Translations under genes and position numbers: made by a program
Shown: positions 18,563 to 25,609 of the stretch, piece after piece
How positions within the stretch are numbered: the stretch's first letter is position 1
Layout of the letters: each line of letters starts with the position of its first letter
Notes under the pieces: model-generated
The model's database searches: none
Seen by the model: the letters and a program-made list of their open reading frames with translations, nothing else
What the model was told of the DNA's origin: nothing
Virus record (IMG/VR): IMGVR_UViG_3300046009_000910
Coordinates: 129-64,128 of that record
Source of the DNA: a virus
Lineage: Duplodnaviria > Caudoviricetes
Length of the DNA stretch: 64,000 nt
Strand: one strand, 5' to 3'

Positions 18563-20065
18563 TTAATAGTAAGCAGCCTTGCGGCTTCTCCAGTTTGTCG
18601 GTGCATCCTGCTCATCGGTAGGTAGGCTAATAAACCCACCGTTCCTAAACCGCAGCAAGGCTTGCGTCATCGTATCCACATAGTCATCGTGCTCCCCAAC
18701 GGGGAAGGCTACGATTTCCTCGATTACATCTTTTGCCCAGCGGCGATCTGGTGCCCAAACAGCGCCCGACGCGAATAAGTCTGATACCGCATTGACCCGC
18801 GCAATCTTGTCATTACCCCGGCTGGGTGAAAACTCGTCTACAGGAATCCCCATACGACGCAGCTCTTGAATAAGTGGAGCGCCAGCCGCCTTTTTCTCCA
18901 CTAAAAACGAATCAGGATCCCACTCTTTATATTGTCTGAGCGCTACTTCCTTTAGCTCCGGGAACTCCATCCGATCTTTAAACGCATCAAGCAAAATTAA
19001 GCTTGGTCTATCGCCTTCTTCTTCGTTATACCAAACTCCCCACGTCGTACACGCCGTGTAGTCACTGGTTGTCTTTGTTTCGTGTGCCGTATCCCACGAC
19101 TGAATGATGAACTCGCACTGCGGTGGGTCTTCTTTCTCCCAAATCCGCCAATGTGTTCTTTTAATAAACGCGGCTGAGTCTAAAGTCGGCTGCTGCATGT
19201 ACTGTGCGTTCCAGTACCGTGCATCCATGTTTGCTTTTTTGGCTTCTAACTGTTCAACAGGCCACTGCTCGGGCCATAAGCTTTTCCCTGACGGCAAAAT
19301 CGCCGGTAACTCCACGATCTCCCACTGATCTGCGTCAGGATTACGCATCTGGTACTGCAAAAGTCTGCCAGTTAAGTCAACTAAGCTCCAACGCGTCATA
19401 ATTACTATGATCGCACCACCCGGCATCAGTCGTTGGAGCGGGCCTGTCTGGAACCAAGACCAAGCGTTATCAAATGTAGCCCTACTATTGGCTTTTATGT
19501 CTTGCTCAGAGTGTGGATCGTCAATAACAAACAGGTCAGCACCACGGCCTGCAAGAGCGCCCCCCACACCAACGGCATAATACTGACCACCAACGCTTGT
19601 ACTCCACTTACCGGCAGCTTTCTGGTCATCTGCGACCAGAGTTTTTGGAAATATCTGCTTATATTCATCGGAATCAATCAAATTTCTGACCCGTCTACCG
19701 AAATCTTCTGAAAGACCGGCGGTGTGGGTCGCCATAATTATCTTTTTGTCTGGGTACTGTCCCAAAAACCACGCCGGAAACAGGTAAGAACTGAATTCAG
19801 ACTTACCCATACGGGGTGCGATGTTGATAATCACACGCTTTTTATGCCCTGCAGCTATGTCTGCAAAGATTTTTCCCAGTTTTCTGTGGTGCGGGCCTTC
19901 TTTAAACCCCGGATATACCGCATGAGCAAAGGAAGTCATGCTCCCCTGCGCTTTTTTTAACCCTGCTCGCCTATGTTGCTCCTCAAGTTCTTCCAAAAAC
20001 TCAAGTTTTTGCGTCGGAGTCATCGTCGCCAGCAAGGCGTTGATCTCAAGCGGGTTCAGAGTCAT
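18563..20065 (-). CDS. terL: Terminase large subunit
   Basis: Walker A APRMGKS, Walker B FVIDD, MTRW coupling motif, nuclease acidic residues SWDTA and HDDYVD. Confidence 0.95.
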   Translation of the reverse strand: MTLNPLEINALLATMTPTQKLEFLEELEEQHRRAGLKKAQGSMTSFAHAVYPGFKEGPHHRKLGKIFADIAAGHKKRVIINIAPRMGKSEFSSYLFPAWFLGQYPDKKIIMATHTAGLSEDFGRRVRNLIDSDEYKQIFPKTLVADDQKAAGKWSTSVGGQYYAVGVGGALAGRGADLFVIDDPHSEQDIKANSRATFDNAWSWFQTGPLQRLMPGGAIIVIMTRWSLVDLTGRLLQYQMRNPDADQWEIVELPAILPSGKSLWPEQWPVEQLEAKKANMDARYWNAQYMQQPTLDSAAFIKRTHWRIWEKEDPPQCEFIIQSWDTAHETKTTSDYTACTTWGVWYNEEEGDRPSLILLDAFKDRMEFPELKEVALRQYKEWDPDSFLVEKKAAGAPLIQELRRMGIPVDEFSPSRGNDKIARVNAVSDLFASGAVWAPDRRWAKDVIEEIVAFPVGEHDDYVDTMTQALLRFRNGGFISLPTDEQDAPTNWRSRKAAYY

Positions 20066-20669
20066 CTTCTTCTTTCACGACAACGTCTTCTGCGTCCGCG
20101 TTGCGTTCTTCTTTTTCTTCCGCCTCGACCTCTATGGTCTTTTGCAGCTGTGCCAGCTTCTCACGTATGCGCTCATCAAGCTCGTGATCCGCCAGTTCTT
20201 CTTTCTTAATACTTACCCGCTCCGTAAACAACCCTATCTCAGTTACTTTACCCAGTAACTCAATAGCTTTTAGGCGTATCCGGGCATCTGGGTGCTCCAT
20301 TTCTTCAACCAGCTGGGCCACAGCTTTGCCCCTGATCTTCCCAGCCTCCTCCACAAACTGCCAGTCATATGCCGAGAGCATAGTCACAAGCTTACGCACT
20401 GCGGGTGGGGTGCTTATTTTAGAAACGATAGTTTTGGCGTCGGGTGCCCCCGTGGTGAGTGCAGCGAACGCTTCTCTGGCTGCGCCAGCTTGGGCAGTCT
20501 GCTCGATAGATTCGTCGTCTTCGGCGCCCAACTCTTTTAACCAGTCAGCCGTATTGATCTGGGCGTCCAACAGTGTGTGGGCCGTAGTTTTTTTAAGCGA
20601 CACGAAGCCGTCGTCTGGGGCGTCCAGAACTTCCGGCTCAAACTCAATTGTCTGCAAGTGATCTAACAA
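20046..20669 (-). CDS. Putative terminase small subunit (start probably TTG near 20669)
   Basis: Directly upstream of TerL; RLKAIELLGK..GLF motif. Confidence 0.65.
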   Translation of the reverse strand: MLDHLQTIEFEPEVLDAPDDGFVSLKKTTAHTLLDAQINTADWLKELGAEDDESIEQTAQAGAAREAFAALTTGAPDAKTIVSKISTPPAVRKLVTMLSAYDWQFVEEAGKIRGKAVAQLVEEMEHPDARIRLKAIELLGKVTEIGLFTERVSIKKEELADHELDERIREKLAQLQKTIEVEAEEKEERNADAEDVVVKEEDDSEPA

Positions 20670-20695
20670 AGCGGGGTTCCCCGTAAAGCGTGGGG

Positions 20696-20723
20696 TTGAC
20701 CCACGTTGGGCGAAGTGTATACT
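20696..20723 (+). promoter_or_regulatory. Predicted promoter TTGACC-N16-TATACT driving the sRNA
   Basis: 5/6 matches to both sigma70 hexamers, about 100 nt upstream of a same-strand terminator. Confidence 0.55.
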
Positions 20724-20742
20724 TGACCGTGACAACCCGCAA
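20714..20742 (-). promoter_or_regulatory. Predicted late-arm promoter TTGCGG-N17-TACACT
   Basis: Correct spacing; upstream of the terminase genes; overlaps the sRNA promoter. Confidence 0.4.
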
Positions 20743-20820
20743 GGGGGGTCTTCTGTTTGTATGTCTCCTTCTGGCTTAAGCGGCCTTTACCCCCCGAACC
20801 TCCTCTCGGGGGGTTTTTTT
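20730..20820 (+). ncRNA. Candidate anti-Shine-Dalgarno small RNA
   Basis: 5' GCAA-tetraloop hairpin; UUUGUAUGUCUCCUU tract; terminator whose loop is ACCUCCUC; no credible ORF. Confidence 0.65.
20789..20820 (+). terminator. Rho-independent terminator
   Basis: ACCCCCCGA-acctcctc-TCGGGGGGT with a T7 tail (first T shared with the stem). Confidence 0.85.
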
Positions 20821-20866
20821 ATGTGGGTGCCAGTGAGCATGGGCGCGAAGCGCCCAATACCTACTC

Positions 20867-20882
20867 TGTCAAATCTTTGACA
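20867..20882. promoter_or_regulatory. Operator family B palindrome TGTCAAA-TC-TTTGACA
   Basis: Perfect 7-bp arms; related copies at 26730, 26750 and 38214. Confidence 0.6.
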
Positions 20883-21135
20883 ATTTTCACTATAATTTTT
20901 ATAGAAATTTTTAGCATATCTGTTTCCCCCTTTCGTTTTTATTTAGGCGTTTGAAGGGGTGGGGGTCAAAAAATTGTCGTGGGTCTGTACACAGGTTTTA
21001 CAAAGTTGGCTTTGCGGCTGACAAATAGTGTCCTTGCGGCGTCGTGTCGTCGTCGCCAAATATGGTTGCCCCCCTGCCGGTGGGGTTCGCAAAACCAAAA
21101 AAGCCTCGGCAACAAACTTTAGAAACTAATGATAA

Positions 21136-21144
21136 TGCTATAAT
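21136..21144 (+). promoter_or_regulatory. Extended -10 early promoter TGCTATAAT
   Basis: Perfect TGnTATAAT about 70 nt upstream of the first early gene. Confidence 0.65.
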
Positions 21145-21177
21145 ATAGGTGTGGTCAGGGATTGGCTCTGCCCATAC

Positions 21178-21194
21178 TGTGTGACTGTCACACA
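21178..21194. promoter_or_regulatory. Operator family A palindrome TGTGTGACWGTCACACA, copy 1
   Basis: Perfect 8-1-8 inverted repeat between promoter and RBS. Confidence 0.75.
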
Positions 21195-21216
21195 AACTTG
21201 TTTAGGAGATACACAA

Positions 21217-21651
21217 ATGAAACAGCATCACATCACAGTTAGCATTGAGCAGTTGTTCGCGGCTTGTGCCGTTGCCACAAAGAAGTTAGTAGAAGTGCAG
21301 GCGGACATACTGCGCGAAGTACGAGGCATGGATATGCCTGAAGCATGGGAGTTCGTGGGCAAGCACATCGTGCCCGTTGTTGCAAAGAAGTATGGCGCAG
21401 TCGCGGAGCAGACACGCAACGGCACATGGACACTCAAACGCAAAGACGGCACACGCCACGACACCGCGTACTCGTTCCTACGCTCATTACTTGCTACGAC
21501 TAACTTGTTGGCAGGAGCAGGCAGAACTAACAAGGGTGCTTCGCGTAACAAGACCGAGAAGGATCTGATGTCACAGCGCGACTTCGTACTCAAAGCCTTT
21601 AAGTTGTTATCCGCAAAAGACCGCGCTTGGGTTATCGCCAACGCATCGTAA
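21217..21651 (+). CDS. First early gene, hypothetical basic protein (start revised to ATG 21217)
   Basis: AGGAGA RBS; flanked by two family A palindromes. Confidence 0.7.
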   Translation: MKQHHITVSIEQLFAACAVATKKLVEVQADILREVRGMDMPEAWEFVGKHIVPVVAKKYGAVAEQTRNGTWTLKRKDGTRHDTAYSFLRSLLATTNLLAGAGRTNKGASRNKTEKDLMSQRDFVLKAFKLLSAKDRAWVIANAS

Positions 21652-21668
21652 TGTGTGACTGTCACACA
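21652..21668. promoter_or_regulatory. Operator family A palindrome, copy 2
   Basis: Identical to copy 1, including the trailing AACTT. Confidence 0.75.
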
Positions 21669-21688
21669 AACTTACTAAGGAGAATCAA

Positions 21689-21853
21689 ATGAGCAAGACT
21701 CACAAAGATGTTATGAAATACTTTGACAAGAACGAAGCGAAGAAGCGGGAGCGCAAGGCTCTGTTGCGGTTCAAGACCGAACACAAACGCAAAGATGACA
21801 AGCGGTTCTACAACTTCACCACATGGATCGAGCGCACAGCCGAGAAAGACTAG
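21689..21853 (+). CDS. 54-aa basic protein (not in ORF track)
   Basis: AAGGAG RBS; MSKTHKDVMKYFDKNEAKKRERK...AEKD*. Confidence 0.65.
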   Translation: MSKTHKDVMKYFDKNEAKKRERKALLRFKTEHKRKDDKRFYNFTTWIERTAEKD

Positions 21854-21913
21854 TGCTTGCTTCCTACAAACTTGTTAGCAGTAAGGGGTGCTTTTTCAGA
21901 CCCCTCAGACATT

Positions 21914-22217
21914 TGTCCACTATGTCCACTTCGCAAAATTTTTGTGGACACCCCCAAACCCGCGCCAACACTAGCGCTGTCCACTTACTACACTATATAC
22001 ATATCTTTTTATAAATTACTTATGTATGTATGGGCTAGTGTACTTATGGACTTATTTTGGCGTACAAAAAGAAACAAAAAGAAGTTGGTTAGCAATCTCA
22101 AATTTGGTATGTACCTAAGACGCTACCTGCTACAATCAAGGCGCGACAAGGCTTACACGGTGTCCAGAAAATATTCAGCAAGTGGACATAGTGGACACAA
22201 CCGAAAAAAAGTGGACA
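21914..22217. other. Putative replication origin (inverted iteron-like repeats around an AT-rich core)
   Basis: 18-bp perfect and 39-bp imperfect inverted repeat (21914-21952 vs 22159-22197) built from TGTCCAC units. Confidence 0.55.
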
Positions 22218-22235
22218 TTTTTAAGGAGCACCCGC

Positions 22236-22589
22236 ATGGAAAGCATGATCTGTCCTGTCTGTAAAACAGCGAAGCAACGCAAAGATTTCAAGCGCATGGC
22301 TACGCTATCTCAAACAAGGGCGTGGCTACGCAACGCTCTCGCAACCCAACGCATGACCTACATTGGAAAGGAGTGCAACGATTGCCATAAACAAACTAGG
22401 CGTAAGAGCAAAGACCTTACACCAAACGAATTACATAGAAGGTTGATCAACGAGGGCGTCAACCCCTTGGTAGTCGAAGAACTAATTGCGCGACGCCGAG
22501 CGCGTGGTGCGAAGAAGAAGTCAGCAGTAGCAAGCAGGGTGATGAAAGCCCATTGGAAATCCAAGAAGTCCAACCAAGAAGAAAGGTAG
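22236..22589 (+). CDS. Basic Zn-finger-like protein
   Basis: AAGGAG RBS; CPVC...CNDC. Confidence 0.65.
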   Translation: MESMICPVCKTAKQRKDFKRMATLSQTRAWLRNALATQRMTYIGKECNDCHKQTRRKSKDLTPNELHRRLINEGVNPLVVEELIARRRARGAKKKSAVASRVMKAHWKSKKSNQEER

Positions 22590-22596
22590 GTGTGTC

Positions 22597-22803
22597 ATGA
22601 ACTCGAAGGCAAACGCAGTATTGCTGATGGCAAAAACAAAAGCACTTCAAGATAAACCTAACAGGTACAAGACCGAGATGTGTGACAGTCACACAAATCC
22701 TCAACGGGTACTCACCGCCTTACCTGATGCAGGGCGTGACGATTGGGCAAGGTTTAAGCGTGAGTGCGTGCTGTTGAAACCAACCAAAAGGAAATCGAAA
22801 TGA
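22597..22803 (+). CDS. Hypothetical protein (contains operator A copy 3)
   Basis: ATG start; ATGA-coupled to the next gene. Confidence 0.5.
   Translation: MNSKANAVLLMAKTKALQDKPNRYKTEMCDSHTNPQRVLTALPDAGRDDWARFKRECVLLKPTKRKSK
22679..22695. promoter_or_regulatory. Operator family A palindrome, copy 3
   Basis: TGTGTGACAGTCACACA; only the central base differs. Confidence 0.7.
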
Positions 22804-23036
22804 TTGAAGTCAAAACCGAAACGCTCAACTGCGTGGACTGCGGTGACGAGTATCCGCTAGGGCGGTGGTATGCCAACCAAGAAAGCAAAGCGCACCGAGA
22901 ACGATGCGAGGACTGCGCTGAACTTCTCCCGCCTCCTGTCCGCACGGTGGCGCACCTGCACAAAAGCAACGCGATCTTAATCACAGACCGCCGAGATCTC
23001 ATCGGCATAAATCAGAAAGGTGGGTTAGTTAAATGA
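22800..23036 (+). CDS. Zn-ribbon protein
   Basis: CVDC...CEDC; AAGGA RBS. Confidence 0.65.
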   Translation: MIEVKTETLNCVDCGDEYPLGRWYANQESKAHRERCEDCAELLPPPVRTVAHLHKSNAILITDRRDLIGINQKGGLVK

Positions 23037-23131
23037 GCAACTTCATCGGGTACACGATTGCCTTTGGTCTGACGGCATACACGCTGTCACATCTTGTTGT
23101 TAACTTGTTAATGAGAGGAGGGTTGCTATGA
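23033..23131 (+). CDS. 32-aa hydrophobic peptide
   Basis: ATGA-coupled on both sides; MSNFIGYTIAFGLTAYTLSHLVVNLLMRGGLL. Confidence 0.5.
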   Translation: MSNFIGYTIAFGLTAYTLSHLVVNLLMRGGLL

Positions 23132-23241
23132 GTGAGATCGCAGAGTTTCTGCGCGCACTTAACGGTGCGCTTGGTCTGATCTGTATTGCGTTCTGTGTTT
23201 ACTTTTTGGCGTGTCTTTTAACAGGAGGTGATGACAAATGA
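23128..23241 (+). CDS. 37-aa membrane peptide
   Basis: AGGAGG RBS; ALGLICIAFCVYFLACLL transmembrane segment. Confidence 0.55.
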   Translation: MSEIAEFLRALNGALGLICIAFCVYFLACLLTGGDDK

Positions 23242-23411
23242 ACGACAACATAACAGTAACCCTGACGGAAGAACAAGTTGGCGACATTATTAGTTGGTTG
23301 GACTATGTCATCGACGGTATATGCGGTGACGAAAAGAATGACGCCCAAGTAGAAAGACTGCAGGCGATATGTAACTTGTTATTAGACGCATTGAAAGGAG
23401 CAGGTAAATGA
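23238..23411 (+). CDS. 57-aa acidic protein
   Basis: AGGAGG RBS; ATGA coupling. Confidence 0.6.
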   Translation: MNDNITVTLTEEQVGDIISWLDYVIDGICGDEKNDAQVERLQAICNLLLDALKGAGK

Positions 23412-23620
23412 GAAAGCAACTTCGATTTAACTGGACTACTAGCGTGACCACAACGGCGGGGCACATAGCCACGAGCCTTATACCTAGCGACACATTCACG
23501 CGGGAGTTCATCAACAAGCACATAGGCATACCGGCTGGGTGCTATGGGTTTGATCCGTCGTATCTGCAAGGCAAGGCGTTTAGCAATCTACCAATCAACA
23601 TCAAAGGAGCAGGTAAATGA
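23408..23620 (+). CDS. Hypothetical protein
   Basis: AAGGAG RBS; ATGA coupling. Confidence 0.6.
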   Translation: MRKQLRFNWTTSVTTTAGHIATSLIPSDTFTREFINKHIGIPAGCYGFDPSYLQGKAFSNLPINIKGAGK

Positions 23621-23820
23621 CTAACAACTTTGTGTACATCGTGTACTACTACGATCCAAGCATGGGCAGGGAAGATGTGCTCTTTGCCTTTGAATCATTC
23701 ACACAAGCGGAGGACTTGGCAAACAAGATCAACGCAGAGCGTGATGACGCATACAAGACGCACTTCGTGCGGTCACTACGCTATTTCAAACGGGAGGATT
23801 TAGATGACGACAGATGCTAA
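23617..23820 (+). CDS. Hypothetical protein
   Basis: AAGGAG RBS; ATGA coupling. Confidence 0.6.
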   Translation: MTNNFVYIVYYYDPSMGREDVLFAFESFTQAEDLANKINAERDDAYKTHFVRSLRYFKREDLDDDRC

Positions 23821-23838
23821 CAACAAAGGAGATGACAA

Positions 23839-23997
23839 ATGAAAACATCATGGTGGTATGAATCAGGACAGGCAGCACAAGCCGCGCAGGAGTTGGTGTG
23901 GTTCGTGGTGTTGGTGTTTATAGGTATTGGTGTAGTGATTTGGTTGGACATAAGAAAAGAGAAACCAAAAAGAAAGGAGCACAAAGATGGGATATAG
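23839..23997 (+). CDS. 52-aa single-pass membrane protein
   Basis: AAGGAG RBS; LVWFVVLVFIGIGVVIWL followed by a basic tail. Confidence 0.6.
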   Translation: MKTSWWYESGQAAQAAQELVWFVVLVFIGIGVVIWLDIRKEKPKRKEHKDGI

Positions 23998-24394
23998 ATC
24001 CTGTGTAGCACTAATGCTGTACGGCACGCCGGACAAGGTCGATATGGTGGAGGCGATGTTGGTGCAAAGACTTGACCCTGAGTATGACCGCGCTTTGTTT
24101 GAGCGCGTAAAGCAGATGCGTGATGAGAAAGGCGAGCGCACAATCCTGTGGACATTCGATGACATCAAGTGGTACAGCGAATTAGATTCGTACAAAGATG
24201 ACCTGTTCCGTTGGGTTGATGACATCAATGAAGCATTACCTGACCACGAGCGTGATTACAAACTTGCGGTTGAGTTTGTGCGTGTTGGTGAGGAGTACGA
24301 GGACAACGAGGTGGCGTATTCCAACTACGCAGACAACGCCTTGTGCATATCACGCAAGATAGAAATACCTGACAACTTTGAATGGAGGACTTAA
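23987..24394 (+). CDS. Hypothetical phage protein (MGYRS type)
   Basis: RBS; MGYRS..., KWY, FVRVGEE motifs. Confidence 0.7.
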   Translation: MGYRSCVALMLYGTPDKVDMVEAMLVQRLDPEYDRALFERVKQMRDEKGERTILWTFDDIKWYSELDSYKDDLFRWVDDINEALPDHERDYKLAVEFVRVGEEYEDNEVAYSNYADNALCISRKIEIPDNFEWRT

Positions 24395-24396
24395 TC

Positions 24397-25056
24397 ATGG
24401 AACTAACAGTTATGAACAAGCGTCGCTATGACGAACTCGTTGGCAAGATCACTAACCTAGAACTTGAGATTGCCAAGGCACACACGCAACTCGAAGCGAT
24501 TCAGAACAGCAACAATCAACTTGCAGAGATTGCGTTTGATGAGTGCAAATTCACAGATGCTTTGCTCAGTCGTTGTGAGGAGGCAGCACGCGAGGCAGCA
24601 AAAGATGCGATTGACATTGATGACATAGCAAGCGAAGTCAGCAACAGCCTTGACATCAGCGAAGATGTTGAGCGTGAGTTTAATCGACTTGACTGCGTTA
24701 CAAAAGATGATCTCAACGACAAAATTGATGACTGCGTTGCAGAGTACATCAGAGATAACAACATCTTAGACAGCGACGAGGTTGAGTCTGCAATTGATAC
24801 TTACATCAGACACAGTTGCGATTTTGTTGAGAGCGATGTAACCGATGATCTGCGTAGCGATCTTGATGAACTCAGAGATGAGATGGACACGCTGAAAGAA
24901 ACCATCGTGCTTGAAGTCTTGCAACTTATCGCTAACAAACTAACAGCAAAGGAGAATGACAATGCCAACAACAGTAGAGATAACGGGCTACACATTTCAG
25001 GAACTGACACCGCAAGCCAAGGAGCAAGCATGCTCAACGCTCCAACCAATGTATGA
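24397..25056 (+). CDS. Highly acidic helical protein
   Basis: GGAGG RBS before the ATG at 24397; D/E-dense central region. Confidence 0.65.
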   Translation: MELTVMNKRRYDELVGKITNLELEIAKAHTQLEAIQNSNNQLAEIAFDECKFTDALLSRCEEAAREAAKDAIDIDDIASEVSNSLDISEDVEREFNRLDCVTKDDLNDKIDDCVAEYIRDNNILDSDEVESAIDTYIRHSCDFVESDVTDDLRSDLDELRDEMDTLKETIVLEVLQLIANKLTAKENDNANNSRDNGLHISGTDTASQGASMLNAPTNV

Positions 25057-25609
25057 AGATATTTATTGGCACGAGTGCATTACTGACAACGCCAAGGAAG
25101 AAGGCAAGGCGCTAGGCTTTGACATACGGGACATAGCCTTCTCATGCTCTCACTCACAAGGTGATGGTGCATCGTGGTCAGGCTATGTGGATATGGTGGC
25201 GTGGCTGGAGAAACACAAACCTGATGATGTACAAGCGCACATCGTTGCTGCTCTGATTGAGAATGGTTGGGCTGAGAAGAAACTTAAAATCTCATTTAGC
25301 AGTAGCCACTACACGCACAGCAACACCATGGTGAGAAATAATTGGTACGGTTATTGGCAAACTAAGGAGAATGCACATCTTGAGGTTGGTGTGTTTGCCG
25401 GTGCAAGTGCTTGTAATTTGTTTGATGTACTGCCTGAAGACTACGCCGACACTCTTGCAGATGAAGTCTTGCAATCTGCTCGTGATTACGCTGATGAGAT
25501 ATACAAACAACTGTGTGATGAGTACGAGCGTATGTGTAGTGAAGAATACATCGCAGAACTTTGCGATGCCAATGAATATTTGTTTAACAAGAAAGGGGAA
25601 TTACTATGA
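24962..25609 (+). CDS. Conserved mobile-element protein (family often labelled 'antitoxin of TA stability system')
   Basis: YTFQEL..AKE.A, SQGDGA, EYE...SEE.I.....ANEYLF motifs, recalled from that family. Confidence 0.5.
   Translation: MPTTVEITGYTFQELTPQAKEQACSTLQPMYEDIYWHECITDNAKEEGKALGFDIRDIAFSCSHSQGDGASWSGYVDMVAWLEKHKPDDVQAHIVAALIENGWAEKKLKISFSSSHYTHSNTMVRNNWYGYWQTKENAHLEVGVFAGASACNLFDVLPEDYADTLADEVLQSARDYADEIYKQLCDEYERMCSEEYIAELCDANEYLFNKKGELL

Noticed and set aside
20757-20954. 65-aa plus-strand ORF over the sRNA
   Set aside because: TTG start without an RBS; it runs through a strong terminator.
21857-22264. 135-aa ORF across the inverted-repeat region
   Set aside because: No RBS and atypical composition; the repeat architecture is better explained as a DNA site.
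21178-22695. Palindromic repeats as a mini-CRISPR array
   Set aside because: Repeats are 17-22 bp and separated by about 0.45 and 1 kb of coding DNA; no cas genes. The Cas4-like nuclease is a normal replication-module gene.
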